Assembly: GCA_963693365.1 (NCBI GenBank)
Contig: CAVNZM010000012.1
Location: forward strand, 3,100,001 to 3,164,000
Length of the DNA stretch: 64,000 bases
Source of the DNA: Amoebidium appalachense
Taxonomy: Eukaryota; Protista; Ichthyosporea
Direction of reading: 5' to 3'
Numbering within the stretch: position 1 is the first letter of the stretch; each line of letters begins with the position of its first letter. The notes beneath the pieces are model-generated. The model searched no databases. It was not told the origin of the DNA and was given only the letters and a program-made list of their open reading frames with translations. Below are positions 1 through 27,017 of the stretch, in pieces. Made by a program: the position numbers and the translations under genes.

Positions 1-89
1 AGGTAGATAGTGGGATAGCCATGTGGATGGCAGACCTGAGAGATAGATAGAATAAAGGTAGATAGTGGGATAGCCATGTGGATGGCAGA
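1..89. repeat. Direct repeat of ~34 bp with 55-bp spacing, inside Rab5 intron 4
   Basis: aggtagatagtgggatagccatgtggatggcaga occurs at 1-34 and 56-89. Confidence 0.8.
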
Positions 90-276
90 AAACAGGGCAT
101 CCCCATCCCCATCTATGATAGAGTCGTATAGATCGAAAGGACAGCACCGTCCCACAACGACCGAACTAGAGTAATAGTGAGGCCACCCCCCCCCCCCCCC
201 CCCCCCCGCCCCAACCAACCAAAAAAAAAGGTACACATGACGAAACCATGTCTCCCCCCCCCCCCCCCCCCCCACA

Positions 277-346
<70 letters not shown>

Positions 347-692
347 GAAACAAAACAAGAAGCCTTACGGCCTAACAAACATAGTACCAGGATGCTATGT
401 ACTGTATGAGCTAACCTCCCCACCACAACAGATTATAGAAAAAACCCCAAACGCACACCCAGGAGCAAACGATCAGCATAACGCACACGAAAATACCCAC
501 AAGCCCACGTGCATATGTGTGCAGAGCATTAGAAACCCTCGCCCACTCACACAAAAAAGCCATGCATACACACATTCATGTACATGCACAAACAGGTACA
601 ATACACATGAGATGTGACATACATACAGGCACATGCATCTATCAAACAAATGCACAGGAAATGTGAGCGGCTCGACCATTGATGATCGTAAT

Positions 693-794
<102 letters not shown>

Positions 795-1105
795 GTGTGT
801 GGGCGAGCGCGCGCCCGCGCGTGCGTGTGTACCCACTTGCGTGTCTGCAATTGTGTGTGAATGTGTATGTGTGAGTGCAAGTGTGTGTTTTGTGTGTGTG
901 TGTGTGTTGTGTGTGTGTGCCTCTCTCACTCGCTCACTTTCACTCACTCTCACTCACTCACACACACACACACACACACACACTCCCCCCCCCCCCCCCC
1001 TTGAGTACGTGTGTGTGTGTGTGTGTGTGGTGTGTGTGTGTGTGTGCGTGCGTGCGTGCGTGTGAGTGTGAGTGTCTGTGTCTTGTGGAGGGGGGGGGGG
1101 CATAC

Positions 1106-2514
1106 TGTGCTTGTGATGTCGTATACGACTATGGCTGCCTGTGCACCTCGATAGTACATGGGGGCTAGGCTGTGGTAGCGCTCTGCACCACCCACCATCA
1201 GTTAATAAACACACAACAGAAGAAATTAACCCTTCAAAGAAATTACAGAGAGAGTGTTGTCCAACGCACCATGTTTTGGTACCTCTTCCATACCACATAT
1301 ACATATGGCTAAAATCGGACGTGTGGCAAATGACATTGTGCAGGGGGGCGTGTGTGTGTGTGTGTGTGTGTGCGTGTGTGTGCGCGCGCGCGTGTACGTG
1401 TGTGTGTGTGGGTGGGGGGGGGGGGGGGGGGGGGGGGAGGGGGGTTCACCTTGGCCGGCCGTGTCCCAAATCTCAAACTTGACTGTGACGTCATCCAGGC
1501 ACACCGTCTGTGTCAGGAAGGCGGCTGCAGGCAAGTGTGTGTGTGTGTGTGTGTGTGAGTGTGTGTGACAATAATTGAGACAGAGCCGCAACTTCAGTCT
1601 CCGACAGCTCATTTCATAATGATACATGCAGGTCATTTAGGTAACAACCCCCCGCCCCCCCCCCCCCAAACCCCCCCACCCACCCACCCACCCACACCTA
1701 AATCCAATGTGTCCTATTTGGCACGCAGGCACTTCTTCTTCTTCTTCTTCTTTTTTTTTTTTTTTTTTTTTTGGGGGGGGGGGGAGGGGGGGGGGAAAGG
1801 GGGGCCTAGGCCCTAACAGCTGAGCCTAACAAGAGCCCAATAAATCCAAGAGAGAAAGATTGTTTAGGCCCTTCAATGACACACTACGAGTCAATAATGA
1901 CACACAACCCCCCCCCCCTCCCCCCCCTCCTCCTCCCCCCTCCCCCCCCCCCCTCATCCACCCACACACACATCCCGGGGCCTACCAGCCCGACAGACTG
2001 CACCCCTCCCCCCGCCCCCTCCCCCCCTCCCCCCCCCCCCCCCCACCCGGCACCACCCACCACCACAAACACACACATACAAACACAGAGAGGGAACCCC
2101 ACACACCCACACCCACCCTCCCACCCACCCACCCACTCACCCACTCACCCACACACCCACACACACGTACCGCCGATTGTGCTCTCCTGATACTCGTGAA
2201 ACTGGCCCTTAACAAAACGAAGCACCAAGCTGCTCTTGCCCACGGCACTCTCCCCTGTGTTTAAGCCCGTTATGCATGTGCTTAAAAGATAGGTGGGAAG
2301 TGATGTATGCCAAAAAGATGCTATGAAAAAGGTGAGAAAGGAGCTAAACGCGACAAGACAATAGTAATAATCTCACAAACCTCTCTCTCAATCACGGTGT
2401 GTGTGTGTGCACGCATGTGCATCTTTATGATTGTGTTTGTGTGTTTGTGTGAGGCGCGCATATACGCTGCCTGCGTGTGAATGTACTCGTAAGTGCAGGC
2501 GGAAGCGCCCACAC

Positions 2515-2577
<63 letters not shown>

Positions 2578-3124
2578 GGCGCGCGCACGAATGTGTGTGT
2601 GTACTGAGTATGTGTGTATGTCTTTGTGTGTGTGTGTGTGTACTGTGTATGTGTGTATGTCTTTGTGTGTGTGTGTGTGTACGTGTGCTTGTGCATATGT
2701 GTATGTGTGTGTGGGTGCGCGCGAGCGTGCGTGTGAAAGCAACTTTCCGTAGCCTGTAAGCGCATCGCGTGCATGTGCCGGGATTATGCTTGAAAGATGC
2801 CATCTAATAGTCAAACATAAACTGAATCCGGGTAACGGGAAGCTCGATGTGACCAAGGTCAACGTTAGCAGCCCACCGGGGCTGCATGAAACAATGGAGC
2901 GAACAGAAAACACGAAACATTGCATCTTCAGGAGCGATAAGAAGCTGAGACGGAAGTGGATCATGACACAAGAGCACATCAACCTCACTTTCCCACAACA
3001 CACACACACACACACACACACACGCACGCACGCACGCACGCACGCACGCAGCCCCGCACACACAAACACACATCTACGCACGCACGCACCCACACCCATG
3101 CTTATACATACACGCGTGCGCGCG

Positions 3125-3179
<55 letters not shown>

Positions 3180-3195
3180 AGACACACGCACACGC

Positions 3196-3244
<49 letters not shown>

Positions 3245-3245
3245 C

Positions 3246-3284
<39 letters not shown>

Positions 3285-3362
3285 CACAAACCCTTACTCA
3301 CCGAGCAACACCAGCTTAAACTGGCAGACCTTTCCACCACCGGTAGAGTTTCTTTGTGCCAT
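1106..3362 (-). CDS. RAB5: Rab5-family small GTPase, exons 1-4; the 3' exons lie beyond the window start
   Basis: Exons 3362-3302, 2254-2171, 1524-1450 and 1182-1106 have GT-AG boundaries and consistent phases. Translation: [99 protein letters not shown]. It has the P-loop GESAVGKSS, the Rab5-type effector region TIGAAF, WDTAGQE and YYRGA. Confidence 0.95.
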
Positions 3363-4133
3363 CTCTTCGCTTCCCTGGCTTATAAAGCCTTAAGCCACTG
3401 AATCACACTTTTTTCTGTTTTTTTTAATGTAGGCCTTCACTCCTTTTGGCTAAAAAAAAAGCACAAACTGCTTTCTTTTGCCGTACTACTGAGGCTGTCA
3501 AACCTTCTCCGGTCCCAAATATCCAAGCAAAAACATGCGCTATAGAACTTCATAGAACTCTAAATGTTGTTCAACATGTTCAACACTCTTATCAGAATGC
3601 TTCACACGCACAAGCCTTGCATCCGCACGAATCACCTACGCAATTTCAACCAAAATTCTCAACGCGCTTTCAGGTTGTCAAAGCGTGCACCGCTTTTTGC
3701 GCACTCAGCGAAACGTCATTATCGTTCCGATGGAGGCGGGCAAATTTCTGGTTTGCTTTCGTGATCGTAAGACTCTTGAACGCCCTTGAACTGAAAAGGT
3801 GCACTAACTTGCGACCGGCATACTACACAGTGCTGCAATAAACGGTTCTGAACAAAAGGAACCGTTGAAACGAAAAGCAAGAGATCCCCGTTTTTGAACT
3901 GCATGGCATACCTCACCCACAAACTACAGGCCATCAACGAGTCAGTGGTAAAGATTTCTGGGAGACTCGAGAAGTAAGGCCAGGGACGATAGAAGCGCTT
4001 GCAGCGCACAAAATGAGCCTTATCCGGGTTCGTCTTGAGACTTCGGGGAAGACTTACGGACGGCGTTGTACGACGTAATTATTTGTTCATCATCTGGCCT
4101 TGTTTTTTCTTTGTTTGTTTGTTTGGCCTCCCG

Positions 4134-4165
<32 letters not shown>

Positions 4166-5055
4166 AGGACTGGGAGCCGTGGGGGGAGGGGAGGGGGCGC
4201 CTCGTGAGGGGAACGGGAAGGAAGGCAAGTGGGGTTTGGGGGAGGGGAGGGGGAGGTGAATGGGCTCCATGATCGCATGCCGGTGTTTCATGGAAAAGGT
4301 CAGAGCTCCTACTGCCATAGTTGTTCTTGTTAATCACTTTGATCTCGCCGTTTAAGCCTCAGGCCTGCGACGGTGTATATGTGCACTGTCTACGTGTGCA
4401 AGGCCGTCCTCAGTTACCGTGCACATGTGCACGCACAGGGCGTGCACGTGCACACAATGGCACTGCAGAAATATACTCGGTCACTCACACAGCCTTCATA
4501 CATCCCAAGCAGACGGCGAGGACAATATTCCAGGTGGCCTTTAATGCATCGTTCAGCAGCAGGTGACATGATGTCACATTGACTGCCATGAGCACCACCA
4601 TCAGTGTCACGCGTAATGGTACCAAGCACCATTCATGTTGTTTTAGTATGCGAAAGCAAATAGAGAATGAATAAACTGTAGAAAGCCAACGTGAAACCCG
4701 GCTTCTACCGCTAATATTAGCATGGTCGAATAAGTGAGTGGAGAGGGGGGGGGGAAACATCCACAGGAAGAAAGATAGTAATTCTTAGCGCAATAGTGTA
4801 CAGAGAGGACCACAGGCCCCTTCGTCTCAACTAAAAAGGGTTAATAAGACCCTTCTAGATTTCATCGTTTAACTTGCTCGCTTGTGAAACTATGTATAAT
4901 AAGCAATATCGGTAATTTTTTATAAGGAATCTCAAGAACAATTACACGAATTGACAGGCCTTCGCTTTTACAACAGAACAGAAAACCGCGATGCCCAAAT
5001 GTACATCAAACACCACCGATAATAACAATAATCGCTAATATTAATTTACTTTATA

Positions 5056-14404
<9,349 letters not shown>

Positions 14405-15199
14405 CGTGGCTATTTATAGCATCTATATCTCCCCACAAGTGGAGAAATACGATAAATCAAAAGAACTGGAACCTTTTGTCTGATTGGTAAATTTACGGGA
14501 ACAAGAATGGAAGCGACTGCAATTCAGCTAGTTGGCCCAATAAAACATTTTTGAACACATCTAACTTTACACGCACGTTTGAAACTAATTTGTTGGCATT
14601 TTCAACCATGAACTGAAACAAAAACGCCAGGTAGCTACTTCTCCCATACTGCTCTTCATTTACCACATGATAACTCAATAATCCACTCACACTTCATTAC
14701 TTCATCACTCTCATGTTTCGTTCAGACACCGTCTACAAAACGTGAACGTTCGTTTTGAGTGCCCACACAGCCTTCGTCAGAGAGATGTCCCAAACCGCGG
14801 CACGGATCCCCCAACACTACTATGTGGGGGGCGATGACCGTACCTGCGCTCCCGGGAATTTTAGGCCCCATTTCCATGTGTGTGACAGTGTGTAACAGTA
14901 TGTAGCTAGTAACTACGGAAAATGTAGCGCCGTTAGACCAAAAAACCGATATTCAGTGTGAAGTTTTCGATTTTTACTATATGTAGGACCACACGCAGTC
15001 CTATGTCTGTAACGGATTGTTACGTGGGCGTGGCCTAAACGTCGCAACCGGAAAATCGTAGTTGTGTGTAGTGCGGCCTTGTCTATTCCTACTGCTGTGA
15101 GAGTGTGGGGACATCTCCCTTCCGCGGAGTTTCTCGCTTGAGGAGTGGTTTCTTCGACATCTGGTGGCCCACTGCAACTTACGGTGACTTCTACACGCT

Positions 15200-16384
15200 A
15201 TCTACGCTTCTACGCGAGCTATTGGCGGTGGGCTGCTGCAACTTCTTCAACTGCTTCTGCGCTGCGTGAGTGGAGGGGCAGCTACTGAGTCATCGAGGAG
15301 CTTTCCTTGTGGCTGCCGTGTTTTCAGCCTTCAGCAGTATGGCAATGACTGGGTTTGCTTGCATGCATTCTGTAGTTGTGTTTTCCTGTGTGTCCTGCCA
15401 CGACTAGGCCACCTTATCAAAGAGTTAGAGACAGCTTCTGCGGGTTTTCTAGGGGACGGGCCCGTGGGGATTGTTTTCTCGCTCGGATTTGGTCTGCATT
15501 GCTCTTTAAAGGGCTGACTTGCTTGCTGTGCCCCGGTAGGTTTTGAGGGGGGCCTGTTGGGGGGCAGCAGTAATGATGTCTTCTTGCGGAGTGTGGCCTG
15601 GTCATCATCGCTGCATGACTAGTTGGAGCAAACTAGTTTCACGCATACACGTGCACTTCTACCTTTGCCCGCTGGTGTCCTTTGGTCACTTGTTGTTTTA
15701 TTTTTGATTTCATCGCTGTGGCTCTTTCGAAGTCGGTTATTTTGGTGGTCATGTAGCCTGTGGCTGCACGTTGCCTTCTTATCCACTGGACCACTGATCA
15801 ATAAATCCCAGTGAAGAGAAAAAAAACATCGTAAATCCTTTGTTACACACATAGGACTCGCCCCACACATATGAGTTTTGGGAGATCCGCGGCACACAAA
15901 CTTCAACCAATCAAAATGCGAAGGCTAGGAATTTGTCATCTATAGTCTACATCGTGTAGTCGTAATCTACTGCATGCAGCGAATCTACTTGCGACTTTTT
16001 ATAGGATTATAAGAATCTATGACGTCAGCAGGTAGCAGATCTATCTCCACGTTACTCGGGCTTTTTTTATGAAAACGGTGGGGTAAATGAACCGCCGGTG
16101 TGCTTTTTACAAGGCCTTCCGCTTTGAGGTGACCACAATGTGAGAAACCAAATGGTGCGTTATGTTTATTTTTGTAGTTTTGTAGTTTCTATGATCATTT
16201 GAATCCGGGTATAGTGCTGAAATAATAACGCCGTGTTAACGTTCATTGAGGTTTGGTGTTTGTGGGAACTCTTTGTGTTCCTTGCGTAGTAGGTAGAGTA
16301 GTCGAGCTTGAGAGTTGTGTGGACGGACGTGGGTGGGAGTTCAGTCAAACAGGGTTCATCGTCGGAGGTTGGAGGAGAGGGCAT
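15200..16384 (-). CDS. Possible hypothetical gene or decayed coding sequence; exon structure unresolved
   Basis: Microsatellite-free region with open segments MPSPPTSDDEPCLTELPPTSVHTTLKLDYSTYY..., SGPVDKKATCSHRLHDHQNNRLRKSHSDEIK... and SCSDDDQATLRKKTSLLLPPNRPPSKP... No recognisable domain, and it could not be joined cleanly. Confidence 0.25.
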
Positions 16385-16480
16385 TTTATTTTTCGGTCGG
16401 AAAGGTAAGCTATTTGATACTTTTCACGGCATTTGCACATTTAGCCTGCTACAATTCGCTTCTTATCATCCCATGCTCAC

Positions 16481-19138
<2,658 letters not shown>

Positions 19139-19700
19139 GGCGCGGGCGCAGGTGCAGGTGCGGGTGCACGCGCTTCGCGAGTGCGTGTATGTGTATGCCC
19201 CCCCTAACCTCCTTTCTCACCCCCCACTCCCTCCGTGCGAGTCATCCTCCCCCCCCCCTCCCCCCTCCCCCTTCTCCTTTTGTATTCTTCCCTCTTTCTC
19301 CCCCTCCCTCTCTCTCCCTCCCAGCCCCCCCCCCCCCCCCCCCTCCCTCCCCCCCATACTGTCCGTATGAGTATGTGCTTCGAATGACACATTCTAAATT
19401 CCCCCTCTCACCCTGGTGACACTGCACCCTGCCCGTTGTCCACATCCCCATTTGTGAGTTTTATGAATTTTGCAGCTTAATATGCTAAACATCAACGTGT
19501 TACCAATATCACCTAGCCGGGCCTGGCCTCGTCCCTTATTTCTTTGGCATGCATGCACACACACACAGACACACACACACACACACACATGCACATACAC
19601 ACACAGACAGACACTCACACACACACACACACATACACACACACAGACACACATTGATACACCCACACACATACCCACACCCACACACACACACACACAA

Positions 19701-19738
<38 letters not shown>

Positions 19739-19767
19739 ATTGATACACTCACACACACATGCCCACA

Positions 19768-19804
<37 letters not shown>

Positions 19805-19821
19805 GGAGGGAGGGAGGGAGG

Positions 19822-19915
<94 letters not shown>

Positions 19916-19963
19916 AAGTAAGTGAATGGTATAGGAACTAGCCATGCACACGTTATATTACGA

Positions 19964-20083
19964 CTACCACCATTAAAACAAAACATCCTACCACCAATAA
20001 AACAAAACATCCTACCACCATTAAAACAAAACATCCTACCACCAATAAAACAAAACATCCTACCACCAATAAAACAAAACATC
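19964..20083. repeat. 24-bp minisatellite, 5 copies, just upstream of a splice acceptor
   Basis: Tandem unit ctaccacca(a/t)taaaacaaaacatc. Confidence 0.9.
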
Positions 20084-20110
20084 TCCCTCTCCAGATTCCA
20101 TCTACCTAAA

Positions 20111-20223
20111 ATGGCAACTCCCGAAGCTGTTGCCACCGAGGTGACCACGTCACTGCCCATAGACTCTGCCCAGACTAGACAACAGGCAGAGGGAAATGCT
20201 ATTCTGCTGCCGGCAGCAACCAC

Positions 20224-20296
<73 letters not shown>

Positions 20297-20329
20297 TGGT
20301 GGTGGTGGTGGTGGTGTGTCTCCTCTTTG

Positions 20330-20368
<39 letters not shown>

Positions 20369-20720
20369 TGCCCTTGGCGTTCGTGTTTGTTCATTGTAGG
20401 GGAAATCGGCACAGCAGCAAGGTCTATGCAAAAGGTTGTAAGGGGTGTCGGAGCAGTCGGTATGGAATTGATGTTTGATGTAATGTCGTATGTCGTCTCA
20501 GACGTCTTTTTTCCTTGTGCACATGGCGGCTGAAAGTGGTGCATGAAGTGCTTGAAGGATGGGTTGGGATGGCGGGTAGGGTCTTCGCTGGAAGGGGGGG
20601 GGGGGGGGGGGGGGGGGGGGTGGTGGTGTGTGTATCTTGGGGTGTGTGTGTGGGACGGGGGGGGGGGGGGATTGAGAATGCGCGGGATAATGAGTTGTAG
20701 AAGTTTGGGCATCAGGCTGG

Positions 20721-20785
<65 letters not shown>

Positions 20786-22194
20786 GCCAGCTATGTTGGT
20801 GAAAGAGTCTGGTAACAAGTGTGATCTGTGTGAATGAGAGAGATCCATACTGAAATGTTTCATGAATGTGTTCTGATGACAGAAGAAAAAGATACATAGG
20901 AAAGAAAGGGCAAAGAATCCCATTCACACATGCCTTTCCCGTTACTGCCTGCCAGCTTCTTCCTTCCTTTCCACTTTCCCTTTTACAAATACTACCTCAC
21001 CCCATGTGCCTTCTCCCTCCCTCCCCCCCCCCCCCCCCCCCCTTCAGCCATGCAATCTATTTTTCTCATTTTTTAACGTGCAGCTGTGATTGGTGGGCTT
21101 GGTGGCTCTGTGGTGGCCACCATAAGGGGCCAGCCAGTGATTCCATTTGCTGCCGCCGTGGGCTCAAACTTTGGCCTCGTCTCTGCAATGTTCCTAGGTG
21201 TGTGCCCCCCCCCCCTCCCCCCCCCCCCCCCCCCCCCCCCACCACCACCACCACACACACGACCGCCAACGCCGCCGCTGCCGCCGCCACCACCACACAC
21301 GCACATGCGCGCGCTCATTGCCCTTGCCTGTTGCCTGCTTGCATGAGTAACTCTGTTTGTCTCTGATCAAGATGGGTGACCCACCCATGTCCAAGTGAAA
21401 CAGTATCTGAATTGGGTTTTGTCGACGAGGTGAATGAGTTGAAACTCGGGTACTGTGGATGACGTGGAGCCCCCCTGAGCATGGGCTCTGCTTATAATGC
21501 ATACTCCTAAAGAGTGGAGTGCACTCTGCACTCTGTTGTCCGTACTTCGTGCTCTGTGAGACATTCGAAAACCCCCCCCCCCCTCCCCCCTGCACGCTGG
21601 CTCCCGGCAAGACGCCCAGGACAAAAATTTCTTCGTGTTCATCTATTCTCGCCTTGTTCATGCTTTCCTTCCTCCCTCAGTGTTAGTCTTTTGCGTGCGA
21701 CTCTTCCCCTATTTTGCCTATGTGCTGTTACTGTGGTGCAGTTAGGAAGGCACGAAAGGCTTTGTTTCCATACCCCATGAGCTGTTTTATGTCGGTGTAC
21801 TACGCAAGAAACGACATACCCCTTATTTGCCTTCTGTATCATTACTATTATTATTTTCATTATCAACATGGCCCATATCCCAATTATGTACTTGACTAAG
21901 TGCTTTGCGGGCCTCCGGCCACTCCTGTGCTACAATGAATGTTAATATTTAACCTGTTTTAACTTCGTGCCCTGTTGGCGTACGGTCCCTCCTGTGCCAT
22001 AATCATTTTAAAATTCAAACCTGTTTTTAACTCTGTGCTCTCTTTAATTTAAATTTTAACCTTTTTTAAACTTTGTTCCCTGCAGGTGTACGATCCCTCC
22101 TTATGCAGCAACCCGACAGCAATGCACTGACCAGCAGTGCGGCGGCTGCAACAGTCACCGGCATTATCGTATCAGGCCTGCAGGGTGGGTGCAT

Positions 22195-22228
<34 letters not shown>

Positions 22229-22426
22229 GGGTATGCATGTAGACGGGTGTATTACGTTTGGTGTGGGGGGAGGGGGTGAGGAGAGGGGGGGGGGGGGGGG
22301 AGGGGGGAGGCATGTGGGTGGGTGGATTGCAGGTGAAGGAGGGGGTAAGAGGATGGGGTGTGCGAGCTTGGGGGGGGGGGGGGGAGGGAGGGGGGGGGGG
22401 GGGGGGGGGGGGAGGGGGAGGGAGAG

Positions 22427-22476
<50 letters not shown>

Positions 22477-23188
22477 TGTGTGTGTTGATGGGTTGAAGTG
22501 TGGTGGTTAGTGGTATTGAATGGGTGGGCGCATGTGGGTGGATGGGAGTGCAACGCTCGTACACCGGTGGTTCTGGTGTGAATGTAAAGAATTTCCCTGT
22601 TTCCTTGTGAAGGACGGCTGGGGGCGCCTGGTGGTGCACCTGCTTAGGTTGCAGCTGAATAATAAGCATGTCTTGATTTGTGTGTTTTTATGTTGGGGCG
22701 TTACATTAAGTACAAATATATTTATAAAGTAAAGATATGATTATTAGTCATAATGCATTTTCTTCTTTCTTTTTAAGTTATTGTTTCCCGTATTATTTTA
22801 AGTCCTCGTTCTATTGTCGACCTGGTTGTCTTTTTCTCTCCGCGTGTTCGGCATGTGTACTGACTGACTGCTGTGCAGCGCGCAACGTGAAGATTATGGG
22901 GGTGAACGGGATATTTGCCGGTGCAGTTGGGTGTGTGGGCCAGGTGCTGTATGATGAATATCTCGTGCTGAAGAAGAAGGCAATATTGAAGGTAACAGCC
23001 TCGTATGCAGGCACATGCACATACATGCATGCATGTACACCGTAAACACGCATACACGCGTGCACACACACACACACACCACAAACAGGCACACACACAC
23101 ACACACACACACACACGTATCCACACACGTGTGCACATACACATGCACACACAGACAGACACGGGCATGCACCATTGCACACGCACGT

Positions 23189-23235
<47 letters not shown>

Positions 23236-23270
23236 CTTGCGCCCCCCTCCCCCCTTCTCCCCCCCTCCTC

Positions 23271-23317
<47 letters not shown>

Positions 23318-23430
23318 AGAGAGAGAGATATATATACACATAAGACATACACACAAGCGTGCGACACACACGCACATGTACACAAGGTATATGCGCACAG
23401 ATCGGCACACACACACACACACACACGCAC

Positions 23431-23471
<41 letters not shown>

Positions 23472-23626
23472 AACAAAAGGCACGTTCGCACGAATGTGTA
23501 CAAACTGCACTGCACATGAATCTCAATATTACCGACCAAGCACATATATTTTAATATTACCAATCAACCACACTTATTTTTATTGAGAAATGTCGTAATT
23601 GGATACGAACAGTACTATTGCAAAAG

Positions 23627-23669
<43 letters not shown>

Positions 23670-23683
23670 AAAAAAAAAAAGAA

Positions 23684-23753
<70 letters not shown>

Positions 23754-24874
23754 CCATCCCTATTTTACCGTTTATTTTTCCGTTGCTTTCTGCTGCTATT
23801 TCACATGCTAAGCCCCAACTTATCAATCAATACTTCTCCCCGTCCCCTCGAACCCCAATAAGGAACAGAAATAAATGAAATTCTAACAAGCTAACATGCT
23901 TCATGATTTGCTGAAGTCCCTGTCCCCCGTTCTGCCCTTCTGTGTCTGCTACTCAGAGCAGCTTGCCTGTCTTGTACTTCAGGCATCGTGTTGCATGAAG
24001 CTCCTGTTCCTATCCCACCAGGTTCCGCAACCACACACACACATGCACACGCGCACACACACAACACACACACACAATGACACACGGAGACTCTCTTACG
24101 TTGAGATAGAGAGAATTCACAAACCACAACCACGCTCTAACACACACACACAACCCTACACAAGAGGAAATACGGCGAACTTGTGCCAGAAACAGCACCT
24201 AAGGCCGTTCCCCCCGAACTCAAGGATGCTCAGGTACTTGGGGCGACTTTGGGGTGTGCCTGTGTGTATTTACATCGGAAAGGGTGGGGGGGAGGGGTGG
24301 GGGGTTGAGAAGAGTTGAGAAGAGAGGGGGGGGGGGGGTACACGTGCATGCTTACGGGCAGGTGCACTTGTGCTCATGTTTGAACGAAGAGAGAAGGGTA
24401 GAATGAGACTGCTTGGGCCACTCTTCGGCTTAAGGCATATTTCCTTTTTCCAACGGTCACCTTATTCCTCCCCCCCCCCCCCCCCCCTCCCCCCCCCCCC
24501 CCCCCCCCGCCGTTCCCCGGGCATACACATTCCCACCCGCCTTCCCCCTCTTATGACTCCCCCCTTCTCCCCCCCTCCCCCCCCCCCCCCCCCACCCCTA
24601 CCTCTCTCCTGGCCCTCCACCCAGTCCCCTTCTCTTACGAACATGCACATACAATAAACTCAACCCCCCTTTTCCCCCGCCCTTTCCCCTCCCTCACCCC
24701 CACTCCCCTCGCCTCCCCACACATAAGGCGGAACCACAGCTATCCAACAACCATCTTCCCCCAACCTCTTCTCATGAACTCCTTGCCCCCTCCCCCTCCC
24801 CTTCCCCCCCCCCCCCCCTCCCCCCCTTCCCCCTTCCCCCTTCCCTTCCCCTCACCGTCCCCGTCTTACGCACA

Positions 24875-24916
<42 letters not shown>

Positions 24917-25080
24917 ACACATGCATGCATGCATGCCTGCACACACAGACGCACACACGGACACACATATACAGACACGCACACACACACTGAATGCATC
25001 CACACGACCGCCCGCCCACACACACACACACACACACATACACACCAGTCACACACACACTCATGTCCCTCCCCTCCTCC

Positions 25081-25130
<50 letters not shown>

Positions 25131-25353
25131 ACACACCACCCTGCAACTCATATTTCTTCTTTCTCTGCAGCGTAATCGTTTCTGGCTACCGTGGATGTTT
25201 CTTGGCATGGGGGACTACCGTGAACTACTGGACCTACGGCTAGCTGCCCTCACAGCCGAACTGAAAGAGGTCCAAAGCGAGATTGAAAAACTGGCTCCTT
25301 TAATGCCCCCTGAAGGTGATAACACCCAATCAAATCAAGTGGTTAAATCTTAG
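20111..25353 (+). CDS. Tim17/Tim22/Tim23-like multi-pass membrane protein with a C-terminal coiled coil
   Basis: Exons 20111-20228, 21084-21197, 22086-22184, 22879-22991, 24165-24233 and 25171-25353 are phase-consistent. Gly-rich hydrophobic segments ([60 protein letters not shown]) are followed by [27 protein letters not shown]. The family call rests on motif pattern only. Confidence 0.7.
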
Positions 25354-25603
25354 GTTTCGAATTCTGCAGTTGTGGCGAAATGTAGCCTACGTCTAATGCT
25401 TGTAACCGAGTTGAAAAATGGATTGTAGCATCGATATCAACCTCGTGTTAATATTAGTTGGCATAGACGAGGTTTTACTGCAACGCCATTTGTCACTCCT
25501 TGAAAAATGCATAGCATTGTGATGCGAGATGCCTTCCTCCCAATATTAACACACCCACCTAGATCTGGGAAGCTTTCACATTCGCATGTATTAGTCCCCC
25601 CCC

Positions 25604-25674
<71 letters not shown>

Positions 25675-26567
25675 TCACTCACTCACACACACACTCACTC
25701 ACTCACTCACTCACTCACATACACACGCATGCATGCAGGTAGACATAGCGAATGAATTTGTGCATTTGACGTAGTGCAATAAATATCAAATTGCTCAGTT
25801 ATGTTGCCGCCACTCGAGCTGTTTGTGTGTGACCAGCAAAAGCAACGTGTATTGAAAGGACTGTTTTGTACATAAAAGACGGAAGAAGGGGCTGGACTCC
25901 CGTTGTTGTTTTTTCTTTTTTTCTTCTTTTTTTTTTTTTTTGCCCCTCGGTGGCACATCCTTTACCTATCCTGCTGGTCAGGTGAATATTAATTTGGATT
26001 CAGTAAACCAAATAAGGTGAACTTTGACGACTTTGGCCTCCGACGAAACTTCACTCGCTGGTTCTAGAACTTGTACTTGAATAATAAGAATATTATCATG
26101 TGACCCGGGTTCGGTAATATTTCGATTATGTTACTTGCTGGGAAAAAACTTTACAAGATGGATCAGCCCTCCCAGCAGTCCCAGCAGCAGCAGTGTACAC
26201 ATGTACCACGTGCACATGTAACAGTACTAATTAGCGCCTGCATACATGAGCTTGTGCTTGAAAGTTGTCCACGCGCAATATTTGCATGCACCTGTCGTGG
26301 TTATTGTTTTATAAACGGCTGGCAGCTCTGTGTGCACAAGTTAAGCTCGATCCCAAACACTCAGTATATATGGCACCCTGCCCAGTGGCTACATATCAGA
26401 CGTGTACACCCTCTGTACGTACGTTCATGCTCGATAGCTCACACATGGATACGTATGAAATTCTGTTGGGTGCGTGTGACACGCCGTACACGTGGTCAAA
26501 ATGTGTGCCCCGTGGTGATTATTTAATTACTTGTGAACACAGAGTAACGTATCCTGCTTATCAGGTG

Positions 26568-27017
26568 CGTCTCTGTGGTCGAGGCCATAACGATAACGGT
26601 TGAGTTGCGGCAGTTTCAAGCTAGCGCTGAACTCGAAGACTGCAGGCTTCACTTGGCCTTGAAGACGGGGCCAGCTGCCACTGCAGAGCTAATTAGCTAA
26701 CTCGATGGGCCTTTTCGCCGGAAATACAACCTATTGCCACTAAGATCGACAATAACTCGATGAAGAAAGGTAAGCCTATCATCCAGCTATGGCTGTACCG
26801 AGGCGTAGGCGGGAGAGGCACGCCAAGGGAATGCATGCTGCTCATCACGTGGGCAGTCCTACAGCTCGCCGGTGATAATGATCTATGAGGAATGTGTGAT
26901 GGGTACGTCAACCAATAGGAACGCATAATAGAATCTAAGAATAGATTGGTACCAGACAACCCGGCAGCTGCCTGTGATAGTGATGGGGTGGGCAGCGATA
27001 GTAAATGGTATACGTGA
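26568..27017 (+). pseudogene. Possible decayed coding or transposon relic
   Basis: Microsatellite-free stretch with protein-like translation (VELRQFQASAELEDCRLHLALK...; IATKIDNNSMKKGKPIIQLWLYRG...) broken by several stops and a frame change. Family not recognised. Confidence 0.2.

Noticed and set aside
3564-4580. Possible + strand gene divergent from Rab5 (Arg-rich N-terminus; open segment GHQRVSGKDFWETREVRPG...)
   Set aside because: No recognisable domain and no unambiguous exon chain; it needs RNA evidence.
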